From the NCBI GenBank assembly GCA_002269645.1, contig NIVC01003929.1, positions 5,303-69,302 of the forward strand: 64,000 nucleotides of DNA, written 5' to 3'. Source of the stretch: Macrostomum lignano (lineage: Eukaryota). A program made the position numbers and the translations under genes. Within the stretch, counting starts at the first letter, position 1. Every line of letters starts with the position of its first letter. The notes under the pieces were generated by a model. The model saw only the letters and a list, made by a program, of their open reading frames with translations, searched no databases and was not told the origin of the DNA. This document shows positions 28,081 to 38,301 of this stretch, piece after piece.

Positions 28081-28386
28081 CAGGGGTTGTAGCAGAGTGG
28101 TTGGAGCGTCGGACTCACGACTGAAAGGTCGGGGGTTCGATTCTCAATCCACTCGTAACACTTTGTGTCCTTGAGCAAGACACTCAAATCTGCATTGCTT
28201 CAGCTCACCCAGCTGTAAAATGGGTGCCAGCATTAGCTGGGGTAATTGAGGGTGTGTGCGGCGGCCCCCCAGTCCTTGGACTGAACAGCCGTACGCAGCC
28301 TTCAGATGAGACGTGCAATAGCTGCGGCTGAGCTGTCGGTTCCACATCTGGCCATTGGGGCAGGTTAATCAGTTATTATTATTATC
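28081..28386 (+). mobile_element. tRNA-derived SINE, family 1, copy 2
   Basis: Colinear with the reverse complement of 1288-1592; A box, B box (GGTTCGATTC), conserved central block 28164-28224, TTA tail. Confidence 0.88.
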
Positions 28387-28914
28387 AGGCGTTAGCGGAA
28401 TCAGCACGCGGACCGACTGTGGGAGGCAAACTCAACTAAAAACTCACACCTTAGCATGATCCCCTTTTAAATCCGTTTAATTGTACTTCGAATAATAAAA
28501 TGGTGCTAGCAGGGATGTGATTTGAACGCGAGGCTTAAGGGAACGAGAGAAAAATCATTTAAAAATTTGAAGCTGCAAACCGGACATTCGATGACCGGAC
28601 TGCGTTCCCTTAGAAGTTCTTCTTGGTGTCAGTTGAAGAGCATCAGCTGTCTGCAGCAGGCTCCGGGAAGAGTTCGGTATTAATTCCCCACACTAAAGTT
28701 TTTTTTGCTTTTAGGGGCAGTTTCGCCTGGGAAAGTCTCCGACTCGAAAATTAACCAAAAGAGTGAATGCGCAACAATTTTAGATTTTGATGTAAAAACC
28801 TGCGTATACAGACAAGCACAGAGCCTCGAACTTTGTGGAACTGTTTGTCAGAGGAACTGACTAACCTCAGAAAAACTGACTTAACCCGCGCATTGCACAC
28901 CCCCCCCCCTGTAG

Positions 28915-30823
28915 CTCGGTGGAGCAGGCGGAACGCCAACTCAGTCGCCGGCTCAACCGCCTGCTGTCGCTGGCCGGATTCAACTCGGAGCGGATCGGGC
29001 GGCTCTGCGGCCTCGCCGACTGCCTGGAGGAGCTCGGCAGGGACGTCACGCAGGACGAGCGCCTGCTGGTTGGCAGCCTCGCCGACGGCTGGGGCGCCAA
29101 CATTGTGCAGGCCAGCGGCCGGCCCGGGCCGCGCACCGACATCAACTGGCTGCTGCTGCCGGACACCGATGGCACGGGAAACGGCGGCGGAGAGCGCCGA
29201 GGCGGCAGCGCTCGGCAGTCGCTGCTCCATCCCGAAGGTCTGTGCAGCTGCGCCGGGCGGCGCCGAGGCAGCCGGAGCTCGCCGGCCAGCCAGTCGGCAA
29301 CACCGTCGCCGCAGTCGGGACCGCCGGCCACTTTGTCTCGGCCAGCTCAGCGCGAGTGGACAGCCTTCCACTGCTGCTGCCCATGCGGCGACGGCAACAA
29401 CAGCAGCGCTGGCTTCGCCGTTTCCAATGGCAACGAGCCGGCGAAGCGGGCGCCGCCACAGAGGCGGCCCAGCAAAAAACCGGCGGATCGGAGGACGTCG
29501 AAGCCGCCGCCGCCGCCGCCGCTGCTGCTGGTCCGCTGGGCTGATGGCCGCCTCCGGCCGGACTGCTGCCTGGCGGAGCGGGCGGCGATGCGCCAACTGA
29601 CGACCACGCAGGGCCGCCTGTTCCTGCTGCTGAAGTTGGCCTGCGGCCGCCTGATTCCGGGCCTGGGCTCGCGGCACGCCAAGCAGCTGCTGTTTCACGC
29701 GCTGGCCGCAGGCGTCGAATCGAGCCGCGTCTGCTCGGACTGGCCAGAGGAGGAGCGGTTGGTTCAGCGGGTCAAGGAGGCTCTGCGGCTGCTGGACCGC
29801 CTGCTGGCAAGCGATGCCCGGCCCGGCCTCAGCCTGCCGCAGTTCTTCGCCCCAGTCGGCGCCGCGGAGGCTACAGCTGGGGCGGTTTCGACCGCAGCAG
29901 AGGAGCCCGAAGCATCCAATGCTGACGACTGGTGGTGGCTGCGGTTCGACGGGCCGGAGGCGGACTCGCTGCTGGCAAAGTCGCGCGCCGTGGAAGCCCT
30001 CGCCGAGCTGCTCGCCAACCCTGGCCGACTGTGGCGCCTCGCCTCCGACACGGTGCGCCCGCTGCCGAGCCCCGACAGTCCCCCGCTGCTGTTCCAGCCG
30101 TTCGCCCTGCTGCCGGCCTCGCCAGAGCCGCCGCTGTTGCGGCTTCGACCAAATTTTCCGCCCAGCTGGTACAGCTTCGTGCACCGCTGCCTGGAGTCGC
30201 TTGACGACAGCGGCGGCGCCATCGGGGCCGCCTCCGACCGAGCGGGGCTGCTGCGTCAGCTGGAGCAGCTGGAGCCGAACTGCGGACTTGCCGCCGTCTG
30301 CCTGACTGCCATGACTCATCTGCGCTTTGGTGACGAGGGCGCCGCCAGGCGCACGCTCTCCGCGTCGCCAGCAGAAGACTGGCGCCCGATCGACCTTCGG
30401 CGCGGTCTGGATGCAGCCGCGGCCGACGCTGTGGCAGCCGGCGCCGGGGTCGATCCACGCCGCCTGTCCGAAGCCGCCGCACAGTTTCCGGCCGCCGTTG
30501 CTGGCCGATTCTGCTTCCGGTTCCGACGGCGGCCGAGCTTTGACTACCTGCCGCACCTGGCCAGACGGCATTTCCCCACCTGCCTGTCCGAGAGGCACCA
30601 GCTGTACATGTGCAACTTCACCTGCCTGTGGCGGGCGCTCTGCCTGCAGCTGCTGCCGCCCGGAGCTCGACGCCCTGTCGGCGAGGCCGAATGGCTACTC
30701 AGGCTGGCCGAGGACCCGGAGCCCGAGGAGCTGCACCTGACTGGCAGCTGGAGCCGGGATCCGGCCGCGCTGCGCCGCTGCATCGAGATGCTGAGCCAGA
30801 TGGAGCGGGAGTGCGAGCTGTGA
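28915..30823 (+). CDS. Mab-21/cGAS-like receptor (cGLR) nucleotidyltransferase-fold protein, terminal exon; catalytic acidic motif degenerate
   Basis: VGSLADGWG...RTDINW (GS...DxD position) and LRPDCCLAERAAM...LFLLLKL...LGSRHAKQLLF...W...L...LLD.L...SLPQFFAP, matching the Mab-21 C-lobe pattern WRLSFS.AE..L...LLK...L.SYHLKT...W...LP.YF.P. No in-frame ATG after the stop at 28877; polypyrimidine acceptor CCCCCTGTAG| at 28914. Confidence 0.8.
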
Positions 30824-30979
30824 AGCTTTGGAAACCGCGACTCGCTTGTTCTTGCTTGTTTTAAATTTATTATTTTCATTATCAGACTGGACTGAGCAAA
30901 AGCTTTAGCTTATATCACCAATTATTTCATTAATTTTTCAGAATCCCCAATTCAACGCCTCTAATTCAACCATAGTTCA

Positions 30980-31400
30980 ACCTCCAATGCAACACCTCCA
31001 AATCAACCCCCACAATGCAACTCCTCCAAATCAACCCCCCACAATGCAACCCTTCCAAATCAACTCCCCACAATGCAACTCTTTCAAATCACCCCCCCAC
31101 AATGCAACCCCCTCTAAATCAACCCCCCCACAATGCAACCCCCTCTAAATCAACCCCCACAATGCAACCCCTCTGAATCAACCCCCCCACAATGCAATCC
31201 CCTCTAAATCAACCCCCCACAATGCAATCCCCTCTTAATCAACCCCCCACAATGCAATCCCCTCTTAATCAACCCCCCACAATGCAATCCCCTCTTAATC
31301 AACCCCCCACAATGCAATTCATTCTTAATCAACCCCCAACAATGCAACCCTCTCTAAATCAACTCCCCAAAATGCAACCCTCTCCAAATCAACCCTCCAA
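30980..31400. repeat. ~30-bp C/A-rich minisatellite (AATCAACCCCCCACAATGCAATCCCCTCT)
   Basis: ~14 units. Confidence 0.93.
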
Positions 31401-31929
31401 TTATTAATTGATAGTGAAAAACTTTTTTCCTATTTACTCAAAGCGTAAATTTTAAAGAACAATTATACCATATATTAGCACCTTAAATCTCCTATATATT
31501 TATTTGCACCACGTCTAACTATTAGTAAACCAACTTCTATGCCAGAGCATTATGTTCTGTCACAAAATAAAACATAAAACCTTTTCTGCAAAATTTCAAG
31601 ATAGATTTTAATTAACAAAGTACGCAGCAAAGCCACTGTTCTTCTAAAAGAAAATCGAGAAACGGAGAAACCAACGCCAAAGGGAGAGGCAATAAACAGA
31701 ATAGAATTATTGCCCAACCTGGGTCAAAGGACCAGAGCCTGCAATAAATTCTCTCTTTTTCTGTGACAGCTCAGTTTTACACGCCAGACTTGGGGTCGTT
31801 AACCTTGAAGCTAAGCTGAAAACTTTTCGTTTCTTCTGTAAAACAGAAAATGCCAAAATTTGCCGCTGCACCTTCCCTATTTAAAATAGGCGAGAAAGAG
31901 AAGAGAAGAGCCTCAAAAAAAGCAGAGAA

Positions 31930-32218
31930 ATGCAACAACTAAGCGAAGGTGGTCGCGTCTTCACGAACTGTCTGGAGTGCGGCTTTAGCAGTGTTGTCAC
32001 ATTTTGTCGACAAAATATCGAGCAGAGCTGCTCCTGGCCTGGCGCACAGCGTGGTGTTGTGGGTGCTGCTGCATCTGCCAGTACTTTGGCGAGTGAGCAG
32101 CGCGAAGATTTCGAAAGCTTGACGGAAAATGGCAACAGCTGTGCGGCTGCAGACAAACGGCAGCAGAAGCCCGTTGAAACCAACGATGACAACTGCTGGC
32201 CTTGGATGGCGGTTGTCG
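31930..32218 (+). CDS. Hox gene exon 1 with hexapeptide WPWM
   Basis: ATG 31930; exon ends ...NCWPWMAVV-G|GTGAGG, a phase-1 donor at 32219 that matches the phase-1 acceptor at 33431. Confidence 0.8.
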
Positions 32219-32545
32219 GTGAGGGGTTTGGGTGTTATTGTCGGTGAGGGGTTGGGTGTTATTGTCGGTGAGGGGTTGGGTGTTATTGTCGGTGAGGGGT
32301 TGGGTGTTATTGTCGGTGAGGGGTTGGGTGTATTGCCGGTGAGGGGTTTGGGTGTTATTGTCAGTGAGGGGTTGGGTGTTATTGCCGGTGAGGGGTTGGG
32401 GTGTTATTGTCGGTGAGGGGTTGGGTGTTATTGTCGGTGAGGGGTTGGGTGTATTGCCGGTGAGGGGTTTGGGTGTTATTGTCAGTGAGGGGTTTGGGTG
32501 TTATTGTCGGTGAGGGGTTGGGTGTATTGCCGGTGAGGGGTTCGG
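32211..32545. repeat. 23-25-bp minisatellite GTTATTGTCGGTGAGGGGTTGGGT spanning the Hox exon1/intron junction
   Basis: ~14 units, each carrying (G/A)GTGAGG. Confidence 0.95.
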
Positions 32546-32949
32546 ATAGAAAAAACATATTTTTTGTCAATATTTTTACGCAACTTGAATAACAAGTTTT
32601 GTTAAACTAACGTGTAAGTCAGTCGCATTGAAATTAAAGCCCTAGAACTGAGGAGTCCGGTTTTAATCAGCCCAGCCTGAGGGTCTGAGGCCTTGAAGTA
32701 CTGCAATTTGGAAAATTGCAACCCACTGACTGGCAAACGAGCAGATTGCAGGCTTCTGCGATGATTTATACGTAGGAAAAAGACAACTGTGCTTCATGGA
32801 GGCGGATTGTAATGATTGTAGGCTATTAGTCTGTTGGACTTTTTAAACAATTTATGTCACTCTGTCTTTTTCAGGGCTTGCAAAATATTTACGAATTTGA
32901 GTGGCATTGCTGCGTCTCTCTCATGTGCACGAGGGGTTCGCGTGATCAG

Positions 32950-33375
32950 CACTCATGCTCTCCTCTCTACTTTCCTATCTTCTTCCTTCTCTGTGCCTTC
33001 TTTTTATTCCCCCTTTTATCTTCCATCCCTTCTCCCCTTCTCTCCCTTCTCCCCTCTCCCCTCACCCCCCTCTCCCGCTCCACTCTCTCTTTCTCCACTA
33101 TCCCGATAACCTTCTCAACCTCTCATCTCTCCCCTCTCTCCTCTCTCGCTCTACCTCACTTCTCTCCACTCTTCCTATCTTTCCCCTCTCCCCACTTCCA
33201 TCCCTCCCCCTCTCACTTCCCTCTCTCCCTCTCCACTCTCTTTCTCCACTATCCCGATAACCTTCTGCACCTCTTATCTCTCCTCTCTCACCTCTCCATT
33301 CCCTCTCCCTCTCTCCTCTCTCCCTCTACCCTCCCCACTATCCCGATAACCTTCTCCACCTCCCTTTTTCTCTCC
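32950..33375. repeat. C/T-rich low-complexity tract with recurring CCACTATCCCGATAACCTTCT module
   Basis: Module recurs at about 33095, 33246 and 33336; lies just upstream of the Hox exon 2 acceptor. Confidence 0.85.
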
Positions 33376-33431
33376 CCGCGATCCCCAATGAGCCAGCAGC
33401 TGAAGCCGCCACCTCCTCGCCGCTACTGCAG

Positions 33432-33706
33432 GCCCGAATTCAGCGAGTCGTTCCGGCGGTCGCCGCACGTACAGCCAGCAGCAGACGCTCGAACTGGAAA
33501 AGGAATTCCAGCTGAGCCGGTACCTGAGCAGGGACAGGCGGGCAGAGCTGTCCACCTGGCTGGGCATGACAGAGCGGCAGGTGAAAATCTGGTTTCAAAA
33601 TCGCCGGATGAAGCTAAAAAGGCATCGAATGCGGATTAGGGAGCTTAATTGCGCTCAAGAGATGACGGAGGCTGACATCCAGGACGAACGGCTCACGGTT
33701 GGATGA
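33432..33706 (+). CDS. Hox gene exon 2: homeodomain, Lox2/Lox4 (Ubx/abd-A group)-like; spliced protein 187 aa
   Basis: Acceptor CTGCAG|GC. Spliced: [80 protein letters not shown]. The PWM.VVGPNS linker and the KLK....I.ELN (UbdA-like) peptide are Lox2/Lox4 hallmarks. Stop TGA 33704-33706. Confidence 0.9.
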
Positions 33707-33765
33707 TAAGCTGACTCTTTTGGACTCTGCTGCTTTATCTTGAGGATTTTTATCTTGAGGATTGA

Positions 33766-34520
33766 GGACAAGGCTGCTCAGTCAGTGAGAATGAGTAGGA
33801 AGAGTGACAAGGCTGCTCAGTCAGTGAGAATGAGTAGGAAGAGTGACAAGGCTGCTCAGTCAGTGAGAATGAGTAGGAAGAGTGACAAGGCTGCTCAGTC
33901 AGTGAGAATGAGTAGGAAGAGTGACAAGGCTGCTCAGTCAGTGAGAATGAGTAGGAAGAGTGACAAGGCTGCTCAGTCAGTGAGAATGAGTAGGAAGAGT
34001 GACAAGGCTGCTCAGTCAGTGAGAATGAGTAGGAAGAGTGACAAGGCTGCTCAGTCAGTGAGAATGAGTAGGAAGAGTGACAAGGCTGCTCAGTCAGTGA
34101 GAATGAGTAGGAAGAGTGACAAGGCTGCTCAGTCAGTGAGAATGAGTAGGAAGAGTGACAAGGCTGCTCAGTCAGTGAGAATGAGTAGGAAGAGTGACAA
34201 GGCTGCTCGGTCAGTGAGAATGAGTAGGAAGAGTGACAAGGCTGCTCAGTCAGTGAGAATGAGTAGGAAGAGTGACAAGGCTGCTCAGTCAGTGAGAATG
34301 AGTAGGAAGAGTGACAAGGCTGCTCAGTCAGTGAGAATGAGTAGGAAGAGTGACAAGGCTGCTCGGTCAGTGAGAATGAGTAGGAGTGACAAGGCTGCTC
34401 AGCCAGTGAGAATGCGTAGGAGTGACAAGGCTGCTCAGCCAGTGAGAATGAGTAGTAAGAGTGACAAGGCTGCTCAGTCAGTGAGAATGAGTAGAAAGAG
34501 TGACAAGGCTGCTCAGTCAG
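33766..34520. repeat. 39-bp minisatellite GACAAGGCTGCTCAGTCAGTGAGAATGAGTAGGAAGAGT
   Basis: ~19 units starting ~60 nt after the Hox stop codon. Confidence 0.97.
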
Positions 34521-34924
34521 GGAAGTAGTATGCTGCTCAAGAAGTCTCAAGGATGGGGGTAGACATGAGCGGGTAAAAACAGTGTCATGAAGGAGGCCTA
34601 AAATAGTTGACATTACTAGCTAGCAAAAAAAATAACAGATGGAGCTGAGAACTGGGAAGATTCTGGAAATCTACTGAAGCAACATCAACAAGTGTGCGTG
34701 TGTGTGGGCATGAATGTGAATTTTCAAATCACATTCTGCGAGATCTCCTTAATGAGCATCATTTATGCTGCAAGGAGCTTCACTTCTTGCGTTGTTTTTA
34801 CATAATTGTATAATTTTGTAGGAAAAAACACGAAAGTCAGCAAGAATGTCGGATATTTTTCGACAGGTGTCTGCGGTTTAGATAGAAAGCGATAGAGAGT
34901 AAATGGAGGGAGAGTTAGATACAG

Positions 34925-35285
34925 GGGAGAGAGGGTAGGTAGAGGGAGAGAGGATAGGTAGAGGGAGAGAGGATAGGTAGAGGGAGAGAGAGTAGGTAGA
35001 GGGAGAGAGGATAGGTAGAGGGAGAGAGGATAGGTAGAGGGAGAGAGAGTAGGTAGAGGGAGAGAGGGTAGGTAGAGGGAGAGAGGGTAGGTAGAGGGAG
35101 AGAGGGTAGGTAGAGGGAGAGAGGGTAGGTAGAGGGAGAGAGGGTAGGTAGAGGGAGAGAGGGTAGGTAGAGGGAGAGAGGGTAGGTAGAGGGAGAGAGG
35201 GTAGGTAGAGGGAGAGAGGGTAGAGGGAGAGAGGGTAGGTAGAGGGAGAGAGGGTAGAGGGAGAGAGGATAGGTAGAGGGGGAGA
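34925..35285. repeat. 19-bp purine-rich minisatellite GGTAGAGGGAGAGAGGGTA
   Basis: Directly visible. Confidence 0.95.
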
Positions 35286-35687
35286 TGGTAGATACAAGCG
35301 ATTAATGGCAGGTAGAGCGGATTGAGAGCGGGGGAGGGCAGGTAAGAGCGGGGAGAAAGGAGGAAAGGGGAAGCTAAAACACAGACAACTGGTTTCGGGC
35401 CCCGCCGCTCTTTATTTAGCGAAATTAAAGAGGGAGAATGAAACTAAAGGGAAAACGGGTGGCAAGGAAATCTATATACTGTCTTCTATATTTAGCACAA
35501 ACAGGCTGAGACTCCACGAAGTACCAGAGGCAGGCCGCCAGGTATGGCCTGTTCCGCCTAACTCAGTTGGAAGGCAAATGCAATGCTTGTAGGATTTCTT
35601 CTCTGAAAATAAAACCACACGACATTAAATAGAGTTTAAAAGACTCTGTAAAGTTCATCAGAAGTAGGTGGCTGGTTCGGGTAGATA

Positions 35688-36322
<635 letters not shown>

Positions 36323-36751
36323 GATACGAGTAGTTGGATAGAGCTAAAACCCATAATGGCCGGTCTTGAGGGAATTGCTGGGCCAGCTGCAGCTAAGCAT
36401 TCGGTGCATGTTTTGAGTGAAGGCTACTTTCCATTTTATATTTTCTGTTGGTCAGTCAAAGTACTTTTCCTTGTTTAGCATGCGATGCGACAGATGCAAA
36501 ACACAAGCCAGTGACTCCTGCTGTCCCGTGATCGATATCTCAGTTCGAACAAAATTGATGAAAAACGGATTCAACGCAATGGTTAGCTGTCTACATGATT
36601 TCTTCCATAGACAATGCTCGAAGCCACTCGTGGCAATTCGAGCATTGTTTAGCAATTTGACGATCATTATTCACATTTTTAATGCAGAACAATCCATTAC
36701 TACAAACAATGCATTGTCTGTAGGATCGTCAAACAGAAAAACAATGCAAAG

Positions 36752-36982
36752 AATCAGCGGTCCCAGTGGGTGACAACGATTGTCTGGCGAGCGCCTACCA
36801 GGCTGCTCACTGACTGAGCAGCCTTGTCACTCTTTCTACTCATTCTCACTGACCGAGCAGCCTTGTCACTCTTTCTACTCATTCTCACTGACTGAGCAGC
36901 CTTGTCACTCTTCCTACTCATTCTCACTGACCGCTACCGGCGCTCGCCAGACAATCGTTGTCACCCACTGGGACCGCTGATT
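36752..36982. mobile_element. Small foldback/MITE-like element with perfect 44-bp inverted termini
   Basis: 36752-36795 is the exact reverse complement of 36939-36982; the interior is ~3.5 inverted units of the 39-bp minisatellite. No TSD resolved. Confidence 0.7.
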
Positions 36983-38301
36983 ATTTATCCATTGCTACAT
37001 ATGCGGCAATGCATGTCTGGTTTGAACCATAGACAAAAGTAGCTGCAACAAAAAGCGAGCCTTTTGTTGGGCAGAAAGAGGACAGAAACGCAGTCCGAAG
37101 CCTACAAACGGAGTCTACTGTGCGGCGGTATCTCTCCCGGAAGCGTGACAGCGCCATTCGAGACATGGCAAGCATCATCGGGCCACGAGACAACAACTGT
37201 TCGTGAGAATACCAATGCTGCAGTGTTCTCCAACTGCCAGTTTGCTGCATCCATGATGTAGGCTAGATTAGCAATCCATTCTATTCCTTTATCCGTGATG
37301 TAGGCTAGATTAGCAATCCATTATATTTCTTTGTACATCATGTAATATACCGTACATTCATGGCAGATTAGCAATCCATTCCGTTAGTATTGCGCACTTT
37401 CTTTTCGAAACGCTGCAGACAAAAGCAACCCAAGAACGATCCGCAATTAAAATTAGTGCGCTCTCGGTCTCCCATTTTTGCTGTTTTTGCCATTTTATTT
37501 TTGCTTGGTCCGAAACTTTTGGAATGGCAACAGGAGCGGACGGTGACGGGACAGAGGAACGAAGCAGACGCAAGCCTGTGAGGATTTTTCTGTGTTTTCG
37601 TCTCGCACTCGGCTTCAACAAAGGGCCGCGGGGCGGCACAGGGCTAGCGCACAGGGAGACACAGGCTAACAGTACACGGCTTTTGAAAACAACATTCAAC
37701 AGTAACAGGATAGAAAGGAAGGAAATTCCTTCGGCCACTTTAGAGAGGCCATACAGTGGTGTGCAAGTCGAGGAAATTGCTGGCTATACATGTTGCAGCA
37801 GATTCCAAGATGGGGGGGGGTAAGGGTTAGCGCCAGATGCAGAGGCTGTGTGCGACCGGCCCGAGGGACCTGCCGTATGATTGATTGACGAAGCGCTGAG
37901 ATTCTCTGGGCTTGGAGACAAGCAAAATAGAACAAAATAGAAAGTTGCACAACAAACTTGCAGAAGCTTGCAGAGGTTCAGTGGAGATGGTAGACGATAA
38001 TGGCTGATGCAATGTGTGCTAGCGAACAACAATAGCATTCACACTTTATCACAACAATACAAGAATTTCTAAAGGGTGTGCATGCTATTCCCAAATGACC
38101 AATATACGGCTTGAAAATCTCCTAACTTCGCATTCAACAATTATCTTTGTGTAGTCAAATGGTTTGTGTAAACCAGAAGCGACTTGGGGAATGTAAAATT
38201 TTTTTTGGGGGGGGGTAGTGAAAAATGAGTGTCTGCAATGCACAAGTAAAGTCCATGGATGCCCATGGATTTCCACATTCGAGCAGTCCACCCTGTGCGG
38301 C

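Noticed and set aside
28751-30598. 615-aa minus-strand ORF and other overlapping ORFs at the Mab-21, GPCR and PMS2 loci
   Set aside because: Antisense/shadow frames of GC-rich coding sequence, with no motifs.
33388-33470. Apparent frameshift before the homeobox (ATG at 33388 is in another frame)
   Set aside because: Explained by the splice acceptor at 33431; the spliced frame is continuous with exon 1.
33740-34528. 262-aa (MSRKSDKAAQSVR)n ORF after the Hox gene, protamine-like in look
   Set aside because: A 39-bp unit is a multiple of three and happens to be stop-free on both strands; it starts at TTG and has no unique coding flank.
36983-37260. Possible CR1/L2-like LINE 3' end on the minus strand (89-aa ORF ending near AATGGATAAATAA)
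   Set aside because: Only a vague resemblance to LINE ORF2 C-termini, with no diagnostic motif.
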